This document shows positions 1-8,685 of a stretch of 42,082 nucleotides of DNA, piece by piece. Below the pieces are notes generated by a model that saw only the letters and a program-made list of their open reading frames with translations, was not told the DNA's origin and searched no databases. The position numbers and the translations under genes are program-made. The first letter of the stretch is position 1, and every line of letters starts with the position of its first letter. The stretch lies in sequence record SRR2962707_5325; one strand, written 5' to 3'.

Positions 1-7
1 AATAAAA

Positions 8-340
8 ATGGGTAGAACAAATTTTCTGGGCGAATTCGAAGAGCTCATCTTAACCATGGTTTTGATCCTGGATGACAATGCCTATGGCAACACCGTAGTG
101 AAGTCGATCAAGGAACATCAAAAACGTGAAGTCAACCTCAGCTCGGTGCATATCACCCTCTACAGGTTGGAAGAAAAAGGACTATTGGAATCTTATATGG
201 GAGGTGCCACCAACGAACGCGGCGGGCGCAAAAAGCGCTATTTCAAAATCACTAACACGGGCAAGGCATTGCTTCAGGAGATGAAGGATGCGCGAACCAA
301 TCTTTGGAAACTCACTCCTCAACTCAATTTCTCTTCATGA
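8..340 (+). CDS. PadR family transcriptional regulator (PadR-1)
   Basis: 110 aa; LGEFEE, AYG, TLYRLEEKG and ERGGRKKRYFKIT winged-helix motifs; stop overlaps the permease start (ATGA, 337-340). Confidence 0.93.
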   Translation: MGRTNFLGEFEELILTMVLILDDNAYGNTVVKSIKEHQKREVNLSSVHITLYRLEEKGLLESYMGGATNERGGRKKRYFKITNTGKALLQEMKDARTNLWKLTPQLNFSS

Positions 341-3084
341 ACCGTTCAAGGCCACCGAAGCTTTTTTCAAACCTATTCAAATGGTACTGCCGGAAGCCGC
401 TTTATGAGCAAATCATGGGCGATCTGGAAGAACAATTTGAAGAGGATCTAAAAAATCAAGGTCAAATCAGGGCCAGTCTCCGATTTAGCTGGACGGTCAT
501 CCGGTTCTTTCGGCCTGGCATTATTAAAACCGCGAACAGTGGAAAACTCAATTATATAGGAATGTTCAAAAACAATATCAAAATGGCCTTGAGAAGTGCT
601 TCAAGGCAGAAACAATTCACTACTCTGAATTTGCTGGGACTCACACTAGGCATAGCCACCAGTATGGCCATCGCCTTATACATTCACGATGAGCTCACCT
701 ACGACACCTTCCATGCCAATGGAGATCGCATCTATCGGGTCAATCAGCCTAACATCTGGGGCAACTGGGATGAAATGATCTCCAACACAGGGCCCAATGT
801 AGCGGTGGCACTACGAAGCGAAGCACCTGAATTTGAGGAAGTAACACGAATCCTGAGTCAAGGTTCTCAAACCGTATATCCAGGAAAAGACGAAGAACGA
901 AGAAACACCTATAAAGAAGAAGGATTTTTTGCCGCTGAGAACAACTTCTTCAAGGTTTTCTCCTTCAAATTCCTTGCAGGTGATCGTTCTACGGCATTAA
1001 ACGACCCAAAAAGTATCGTGCTTACCCTTGAAACAGCACACAGGTATTTTGGTAAAAACGTAAGTCCTGAAGCATTGATCGGTCAAGCCGTGGACATCAA
1101 AAGCTGGAACGGAGTGTGGGAACCTTTTGCCATCAGGGGAGTCATTCAGGATGTCCCTGATAAGTCTCACCTTCAATTCGACATGTTGGTTTCTATGAGC
1201 AGCTACCAGGACCTTTTGGATATACATGGATGGAAATGGCATTGGACTGCTTTCGCTACCTACGGATTGGTTCATAAGCACACAGATGTTGTCGCTTTGG
1301 AAGAGAAAATCCAGGCACTGCCTCCCAAATGGGCAGCCCCCTCCACCGAACGGGTCTTTAATCAAACATTTGAAGAGTTTACCGATGGTCACCCATGGAA
1401 GCTCGATTTGCAACCACTAAGAGAAGTTTACATCGCAGGATCTCCCGAATCGCAATCTTTTGGTCCAACGGGTAATCCACTATTCATTAAAATTTTTGGC
1501 GCCATCGGAATGCTGGTGCTTGCCTTGTCCATCATCAATTTCATGAATCTCTCCACCGCCAGAGCTTCCAACCGAGCGAAAGAAATTGGTGTGAGAAAAG
1601 TGCTCGGATCTGAGCGCATCACATTGATGGGTCAATTCATTACCGAATCTACCCTCTTCGTTACCATCAGTACACTATTGGGAATCGGACTGCTTCAATT
1701 CCTCATGCCCTGGTTTAATGAGCTGACCGGGAAGGAGATGGAGCTATTGACTCTACTATCCAATGGTGCCGTATTTGGAATTTTGGTGGGATTTGTGGTG
1801 CTAATAAGTTTGCTCTCTGGTGCATATCCAGCACTTTATCTCTCCTCTTTTGGCCCCATTAAGGCTTTGAAAGGAAATCTGAGGCAAGGTTTTAAGGGTA
1901 AGAAACTGAGAAATTCCCTGGTAGTATTTCAATTCACCATCTCCATCGGGCTGATCATATGTGCCTCATTCGTACAAAAGCAGCTGACCTATGCCTCCTC
2001 ATTAGACCTTGGATTCGAAAAAGAGCATATCCTGCAAGTCCATAACATCGAACAGTTTGGCTTTGAGACAGAGAATATAAAAACCAACCTTGCATCTATT
2101 CCTTCCATTACGGCTGTTGGTAAGTCGTTTGGCGTTCCACCAAACATTTGGTCAGGAGACCGATACAAAACCACTGATCCAAATGCCGATGTAGTTCAAT
2201 TCAACAATGTGCGAACGGAAGCAGACTACCTGGAACTCCTTGGATTGGAGTTTCTTGCCGGAAACAATTTCGATCTATCCAAGCCAACGGACAAGTACAA
2301 GATCATTATCAACGAATCGGCTACCATAGCATTGGGTTGGGGGGATGCCTCAACGTATGCACAAGACTCACCAATTGGTAAAAAGATCGCACTGGCTTCA
2401 GGAGACGAGGATGTGTTCGAGGTGATTGGTGTGGTAAATGATTTCAACTTCAACAGTGTTCGAAGAGAAATTGCCCCGATCATCATCATAAACCATCAAA
2501 ACGATAAGGTATGGGATTATGGTGCCGGAAGGTCCTTCTACTCATTGAAACTGGATCCTTTGGCCATTAAACAATCGGGTGATCTGATGAAAGTAATCGA
2601 GCAAGTAGAATCACAACTTGCTAAAGTTGATGCGACGGTTCCTTTCGAATTCAGCTTCATGGATCAGGACTTCAATGACACCTTTCGATTTGAGCAAAAG
2701 ATGGGTAGTGTGCTCAATTTATTTACACTCATGGCATTGATGATTGGTTGCCTGGGTTTGTTTGGTCTGGCGGCTTTTTCAGCAGAACAGCGAATCAAGG
2801 AATTGAGTATCCGAAAAGTACTTGGCGCAAATGTTTCCAGCCTGGTGTATTCCTTCACGTCAGAATTCACCCGACTGATACTTGTCGCCATCGTATTGGC
2901 TAGTCCTATCGCCTGGTACCTTATGGACCAATGGCTCTCCAGCTTCGCCTATCGAACGCCCATCACTTTGTGGGTATTTGTAGCTGCATCCATCGGGGCG
3001 ATTCTGATTGCCACCTTAACGATCGGCTACCAATCACTCCGCATTGCACATAAAAATCCGGCTGAAACATTGAAAGATGAATAA
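337..3084 (+). CDS. MacB/FtsX-type duplicated ABC permease with N-terminal prefix domain (permease 1)
   Basis: Prefix PPK...GDLEEQF...RP; two MacB-PCD+FtsX modules (NFMNLSTAR..RAKEIGVRKVLG; EQRIKELSIRKVLGA); ends NPAETLKDE. Start moved from TTG 304 to ATG 337 because of the ATGA coupling and paralogue N-termini. Confidence 0.92.
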   Translation: MNRSRPPKLFSNLFKWYCRKPLYEQIMGDLEEQFEEDLKNQGQIRASLRFSWTVIRFFRPGIIKTANSGKLNYIGMFKNNIKMALRSASRQKQFTTLNLLGLTLGIATSMAIALYIHDELTYDTFHANGDRIYRVNQPNIWGNWDEMISNTGPNVAVALRSEAPEFEEVTRILSQGSQTVYPGKDEERRNTYKEEGFFAAENNFFKVFSFKFLAGDRSTALNDPKSIVLTLETAHRYFGKNVSPEALIGQAVDIKSWNGVWEPFAIRGVIQDVPDKSHLQFDMLVSMSSYQDLLDIHGWKWHWTAFATYGLVHKHTDVVALEEKIQALPPKWAAPSTERVFNQTFEEFTDGHPWKLDLQPLREVYIAGSPESQSFGPTGNPLFIKIFGAIGMLVLALSIINFMNLSTARASNRAKEIGVRKVLGSERITLMGQFITESTLFVTISTLLGIGLLQFLMPWFNELTGKEMELLTLLSNGAVFGILVGFVVLISLLSGAYPALYLSSFGPIKALKGNLRQGFKGKKLRNSLVVFQFTISIGLIICASFVQKQLTYASSLDLGFEKEHILQVHNIEQFGFETENIKTNLASIPSITAVGKSFGVPPNIWSGDRYKTTDPNADVVQFNNVRTEADYLELLGLEFLAGNNFDLSKPTDKYKIIINESATIALGWGDASTYAQDSPIGKKIALASGDEDVFEVIGVVNDFNFNSVRREIAPIIIINHQNDKVWDYGAGRSFYSLKLDPLAIKQSGDLMKVIEQVESQLAKVDATVPFEFSFMDQDFNDTFRFEQKMGSVLNLFTLMALMIGCLGLFGLAAFSAEQRIKELSIRKVLGANVSSLVYSFTSEFTRLILVAIVLASPIAWYLMDQWLSSFAYRTPITLWVFVAASIGAILIATLTIGYQSLRIAHKNPAETLKDE

Positions 3085-5656
3085 AGCCCATCCTCCCAAA
3101 TTGCCAATCAAGTTTCTTCGATGGTATTGTAAAAAACCATTGCAGGAATCCATCATGGGTGATCTCGAAGAGCAATTCGATGAGGACCTTGAAGCCTTTG
3201 GCAAAAGAAAAGCCCGAAGAAGGTTTGCATGGAATGTGCTTCGTTTCTGTCGCCCTGGAATTATTAAAACTGTCAAAAACGGTTCACGATTAAATCATTA
3301 CAGCATGTTCAAGCACAATTTACTTATCACATTCAGAAGCTTTAAAAGACATAAAAGCACCTTTCTTATTAACCTGATTGGCCTTTCTTCCGGATTGGCG
3401 TGTGTGCTGTTTATCTACCTGTGGATTACAGATGAGGTTCAAAAGGACAAATTCCATAAAAACGCATCCCGGATCTATCAAGTCTATTCCAACCACCATG
3501 ATGCCAATGGAATATTTACCTGGAAAGGTGTTTCCGGACTTTTAGAAGACGAAATCAACGCGAACATTCCGGAGGTAAAGCGAGTAGTGGCTGCTACCGA
3601 TGCGCATGAATACACCCTGAGTACGGAGAATGATGCTTTCAAGGTCACAGGTAAATTTGGAAATGAACAGTTTTTAAATGTCTTCTCTTACCCTGTTTTG
3701 CATGGCAACCGCGAAACAGCCCTTTCCGATCAATCAGGAATTGTCATCACTGAGTCCCTTGCCAGGAAGCTCTTTAATACCACAGACGCGTTGGGCAAAG
3801 AGGTTGATTTTCACTTTTGGAGTTATGAAAAAACGCTGACGGTAACGGCTGTCCTGAAGGACCTTACATCGGCTACTTCTGATCAATTCGAGTTTATCAT
3901 GTCATGGGATTACTATCATGATGAACTCATCAGCTACAAACAATGGGGAAATTTCTACGCCCGAATCATTGTTGAGTTGAATGATCAGGCTGACAAGCCT
4001 GTGGTTGAAGAAAAGATTGACGCCATTTTTAAAGAGAAGCTCGAGGATGACAAGGTAGATTTGATCCTGACCAAATACGCTGATCAATATCTCTACAACC
4101 ATTATGAAAACGGGAAAGTCGCCGGCGGACGAATTGAATATGTGCGGCTCTTTTCCATTGTGGCATGCTTCATTTTGGTCATCGCATGCATCAATTTTAT
4201 TAATCTATCTACTGCAAAAGCCACACAAAGGACCAAAGAAATTGGTGTAAAAAAATCACTTGGTGCGACCAGAAAAGCCCTTGCCAGTCAATATTTCCTG
4301 GAGACTAGCTGTCTGGCCCTGATGGGATTCATTATGGCCATTGGTCTGGTTTATTTCTTTCTTCCGAGCTTCAATCAGCTGGCACAAAAAGAGCTCATTC
4401 TGACCGCCGACAGGTCGTTGATTTATGGCTCCTTGGCTATCCTGATCCTGGTCGGAATAATAGCCGGCACTTATCCGGCCCTGTACCTTTCCGGACTGAG
4501 TGTATTGACTTCTTTGAAATCGAATCTGAAAGAGAGCAAACATGGGTGGGGACGCAAAACATTGGTCGTTGCACAATTTTCCATTTCCATTGTGCTCATT
4601 GTTGCAACCGTGTTGGTACAGCAGCAGATGCGCTACGTGCAGTCCATGAACCTTGGATATGACAGGGACAACCTTGTCTATTTTGAACGAGAAGGGAACC
4701 TGTTGGAAAGCCACGATTCATTCATCGAGGAACTGAAAAAGGTTTCAGGAATCAAAAAGGTGACTGCTTCCGGATTCATGGTTGGGGGTATGAACTCAAC
4801 AGGAGGTGTGAAATGGGAAGGCAAAACGGAAGAGGAACGCGTACAATTCTGGGAAACCAAAGCAGATTTCGGATTGATTGATCTATTAGGAATAGAGGTG
4901 GTTTTGGGTAGGGACTTTGATCCTTCGTTTTCCAATGAATCCGAAAACATCATCTTCAATGAAACAGCTATCCGTGCCATGGGGATGGAAGATCCAATCG
5001 GAAAGACCATTGATCATTATTCCGGGAAGAAGAAGATCATCGGGGTAGTCAAAGATTTCAACATTGTATCTCTTCACAAAAAAGTGGAGCCTGCCCTCTT
5101 CCTCTACAATCCTGAACAAACACATTTCATCATGGCCAAAGTAGAAAAGGGAAAAGAGCTCGAGACCATCATGCAAATGGAATCCGTCTTCAAGGATTTT
5201 AATCCGAATTATCCCTTTGCGGTCAAGTTCGTGGATCAGGACTATCAGGCACTTTATGCTTCAGAAGAGCAAGTGGCAGATCTGTCTGGTTATTTCTCCG
5301 GACTGGCCATCCTTATCTCTTGCCTGGGGCTATTTGGGTTGGCATCTTTCACCACCGAAAGACGTGTCAAGGAAATCGGGATCAGAAAGGTATTGGGATC
5401 AGGGGTTTGGAACATCATATTCCTGTTGACGAGAGATTTCTCCAAAATGGTGGTCATTGCCATCTTCATCGGGATTCCGGTCAGCTATTTTCTAGGCAAA
5501 AAGTGGCTTGAAAATTATGCCTACAGCATTGATCTGAGTTGGTGGTACTTTGGTGGGGCTGCTTTGGTTGCTCTGCTCATTGCCTGGCTAACGGTGGGGA
5601 TTCAAACCATCAATGCCGCCACTGCCAATCCGGTAGAATCCTTGAAAGATGAGTAA
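3077..5656 (+). CDS. MacB/FtsX-type duplicated ABC permease with prefix domain (permease 2)
   Basis: 859 aa; same architecture, RTKEIGVKKSLGA and RVKEIGIRKVLG motifs; 8-bp overlap with permease 1. Confidence 0.93.
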   Translation: MNKAHPPKLPIKFLRWYCKKPLQESIMGDLEEQFDEDLEAFGKRKARRRFAWNVLRFCRPGIIKTVKNGSRLNHYSMFKHNLLITFRSFKRHKSTFLINLIGLSSGLACVLFIYLWITDEVQKDKFHKNASRIYQVYSNHHDANGIFTWKGVSGLLEDEINANIPEVKRVVAATDAHEYTLSTENDAFKVTGKFGNEQFLNVFSYPVLHGNRETALSDQSGIVITESLARKLFNTTDALGKEVDFHFWSYEKTLTVTAVLKDLTSATSDQFEFIMSWDYYHDELISYKQWGNFYARIIVELNDQADKPVVEEKIDAIFKEKLEDDKVDLILTKYADQYLYNHYENGKVAGGRIEYVRLFSIVACFILVIACINFINLSTAKATQRTKEIGVKKSLGATRKALASQYFLETSCLALMGFIMAIGLVYFFLPSFNQLAQKELILTADRSLIYGSLAILILVGIIAGTYPALYLSGLSVLTSLKSNLKESKHGWGRKTLVVAQFSISIVLIVATVLVQQQMRYVQSMNLGYDRDNLVYFEREGNLLESHDSFIEELKKVSGIKKVTASGFMVGGMNSTGGVKWEGKTEEERVQFWETKADFGLIDLLGIEVVLGRDFDPSFSNESENIIFNETAIRAMGMEDPIGKTIDHYSGKKKIIGVVKDFNIVSLHKKVEPALFLYNPEQTHFIMAKVEKGKELETIMQMESVFKDFNPNYPFAVKFVDQDYQALYASEEQVADLSGYFSGLAILISCLGLFGLASFTTERRVKEIGIRKVLGSGVWNIIFLLTRDFSKMVVIAIFIGIPVSYFLGKKWLENYAYSIDLSWWYFGGAALVALLIAWLTVGIQTINAATANPVESLKDE

Positions 5657-8248
5657 GCAGATCAGACCACCGAAAACATTTGCCCGCTTCTTTGAATGGT
5701 ACTGCAGGGACATACTCAAGGAGTCCATTATGGGCGATCTGGAGGAGCAGTTCGATGAAGACCTTGAGGTATTCGGAAAGCAAAAAGCCCGCAGAAGGTT
5801 CGCCTGGAATGTGATCCGGTTCTTTCGTCCCGGGATCGTCCGAAAATTGGAAGGAAGTGTCAAACTAAACAACTATGGTATGTTAAAAAGCTATTTGAAA
5901 ATTGCATTCAGGATATTCAAAAAAGAGAAAGGTTTTACCCTGATCAATGTATTCGGCCTGGCAATCGGTATTGCATGCAGCCTGTTTATCTACCTGTGGG
6001 TGCAGGATGAAAAGAGCTACAACGACCATCTGACAAATGGCGAAAATGTTTCGTATGTCATGAGCCGTGAAACGATTGCCAACGACAAGATTGTAACCTA
6101 CGAAACCTGCCCCTATAATCTAAAAGCCGTTTTGGAAGGGTACTCGGCCATTGAAAAGGTGGCCATCATGTCCTTTGGAAACTGGATGGCTTTTGAGAAA
6201 AATGAGTCCGTAATTGAATGGAGAGGAATTGATGCTTCTGAGGAGTTTTTTGACCTTTTTGAAATCAACTTTCTCGCTGGTAGTCCGGCTTCTATGGCGG
6301 ACAACCCACAAACAATGGCCATTTCAGAAACCTTTGCCAAAACCTTTTACGCGGAAGACTGGGAAAAAATGGAGCTGGTCGGCACCACCATCACCAATGA
6401 ATGGGGAGAATCCTTCCAGGTGGCAGGTATCTATGAAGACCTTCCTGAAAAATCCACGTTGGACATTGCCTTCGTCGTGCCATTCTCCCACCGACTCAAA
6501 AACAACGATTGGCTCAAGGATTGGGGGAACAACTCGAACCAAATGTATGTGAAGGTTGCGGATGGCGTATCCCTTTCAGATGCTGAGTTGAGCATTAAAA
6601 AAGCAGTCAGTAAAGTCCGGCCTGAGGAAGAGCCCACGAGAGAACTGTTCCTGCTTCCTTACAAGGATCAATATCTATACAATCGGTTTGATGAAGGTGA
6701 GATTGCCAGTGGGCGGATAGAATACATCCGACTGCTTTCCTTTGCAGCGATACTGGTGCTCCTTTTAGCCAGCATCAATTTCATGAACCTTTCTCCGCCA
6801 GATCTGCCAAAAGAGCACGTGAAACAGGCGTTAGAAAAACACTGGGAGCGATCCGACTCCAACTCAAAACCCAGTTTCTGACTGAATCCATTCTCATCAC
6901 GACGTTTGCGCTGCTTGTGGCAATGTTGATTGTTTACCTTGGCCTTGAGCAGTTCAATTATATCACCGATAAGCAGATTTCAATTAACACCCTAACAACC
7001 ATTAACCTATTATACCTGTTGGGTTTTGTTTTAGGACTTGGTTTCTTCTCCGGGCTGTATCCGGCCTTCTACCTTTCCTCCTTGAATGTCATTAGTTCCC
7101 TCAAAAACGGATTTAAGAACAACCGTCTTGATGTGCTATTTCGCAAAGGATTGGTGGTCTTTCAATTTCTCATCACAGTTACCATGATCACCGGGGCGGT
7201 GATCGTTTATCAGCAGGTGACATACATTCGATCTAAAAACATTGGCCTAGACCGATCGAATCTCATTCGCACATGGAAACATGAAATGGATGCCGATAAA
7301 GACTATGCTCTTTTCAAAGATGAGCTGATGAAACGACCCGGAATCGAAAGTGTCTGCATGGTCAACCAGACCTTGATTAACATTGGTAATTCCACTTCTT
7401 CTGTGCACTGGAACGGAGAGCCTGATGATGATTTTGAATTCTACATTTTAAAATCATCACCGGACTTCATCCCAACTACAAAAGTGCAGCTTAAAGAAGG
7501 CCGCAATTTTGATTGGAACCTTCAATCCGATACCGCCAACTATATCATTAATGAAACGGCTCAAAAACTTATGAAAATGGATGACCCCATTGGACAGGAT
7601 CTGACACTGTGGGGGAATAAGGGTAAAATCGTTGGTGTCATCGAGGATTTTCATATCGCTTCGCTTCATAAAGCAATTGAACCGCTCATTATTCATTACG
7701 ACCAGCCTGGTACCTGGATGATCATGGTGAGAACCAAGCCAGGAGAAGTAGATCAGGGATTGGCCACTTTGGAAGAAGTGTACCATCTCTGGAACCCCAA
7801 ACGTACATTCGATTACCAGTTTATGGATCAGGTATTCAATCAACAATACCGAAGTGAATTGCTCATCAAGGACCTTTCTTTTTATGCTACCATTGTTGCT
7901 ATCGCGATTTCTTGTCTTGGCCTCTTGGGCCTGGTGGCCTATACAGCCGAGCGCAAGACCAAAGAGATCGGCATTAGAAAAGTCTTCGGAGCGAACTTGC
8001 ATCACATTCTTGTCCTGCTATCTAAAGAGTTTGTATTTCTTATAGGAATCTCGTTACTTCTGGCTTTACCTCTTTCCTATTACCTGATGGATTTATGGCT
8101 GAAAGATTTCGCTTACCAGGTAAGTCTGAAATGGTGGCATTTCGCCGTTAGTATCTTGCTGATTCTCTTCATTTCTAACTCAATCATTTGTGGTCTTGCT
8201 ATCCGATCATCAAGAATCAACCCTGCAAACTCACTAAGGGACGAGTAG
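5649..8248 (+). pseudogene. MacB/FtsX-type permease with prefix domain (permease 3), frameshifted near 6794
   Basis: ORFs 5649-6881 and 6917-8248 join if one base is added between 6794 and 6795, restoring NFMNLS[T]ARSAKRARETGVRKTLGA and an 866-aa product like its paralogues; may be a sequencing error. Confidence 0.85.
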
Positions 8249-8277
8249 GTACATCTCAGCAAATAATTCAATCGAAC

Positions 8278-8334
8278 ACTACAATTAGGAATTAACCTGT
8301 TCTTTTTCTACTATTGCAATACTGCAATTAGGAA
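8278..8334 (+). promoter_or_regulatory. Putative PadR-2 operator pair and promoter
   Basis: Direct repeats ACTACAATTAGGAA (8278-8291) and ACTGCAATTAGGAA (8321-8334) flank a -7-like TACTATTG (8309-8316) and the palindrome TATTGCAATA (8312-8321). Confidence 0.6.
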
Positions 8335-8340
8335 AAAACT

Positions 8341-8685
8341 ATGGGAAAATTTCAATTAGGTGAATTTGAGGAGATCGTCATGTTGACGGTAGGTGTGCTC
8401 TTTGGTGATGCATACGGCGTTTCGATCAAGAAAGAAATTGAGGAACGGCTGAATCGAAAAGTGAGTGTAGGTGCACTTCAATCGGCACTTAAGCGGTTGG
8501 AAGACAAAGGCTACCTGACTTCCAAAGAAGGAGAATCCACCAGTGAAAGAGGCGGACGTCCTAAACTATATTTTACCCTTACTGCCTCCGGAAGAGATGC
8601 CATCGAGCATGCTCGGCAGGTTAGAAATCAACTCTACAACGAAATCCCAAAAGTCGCCCTGGATATCAAATTCAGTACCTCATGA
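8341..8685 (+). CDS. PadR family transcriptional regulator (PadR-2)
   Basis: 114 aa; LGEFEE, AYG, ALKRLEDKG, ERGGRPKLYFTLT; ATGA overlap with permease 4. Confidence 0.93.
   Translation: MGKFQLGEFEEIVMLTVGVLFGDAYGVSIKKEIEERLNRKVSVGALQSALKRLEDKGYLTSKEGESTSERGGRPKLYFTLTASGRDAIEHARQVRNQLYNEIPKVALDIKFSTS

Noticed and set aside
304-336. TTG start giving a 926-aa permease 1
   Set aside because: Lies inside padR; ATG 337 gives ATGA coupling and matches paralogue N-termini
6783-6800. Programmed -1 frameshift or phase variation in permease 3
   Set aside because: No X-XXY-YYZ heptamer, homopolymer or tandem repeat at the break; a simple 1-nt loss explains it
6917-8248. Independent 443-aa permease gene
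   Set aside because: Homology continues upstream in the same frame to about 6795; it is the 3' half of permease 3
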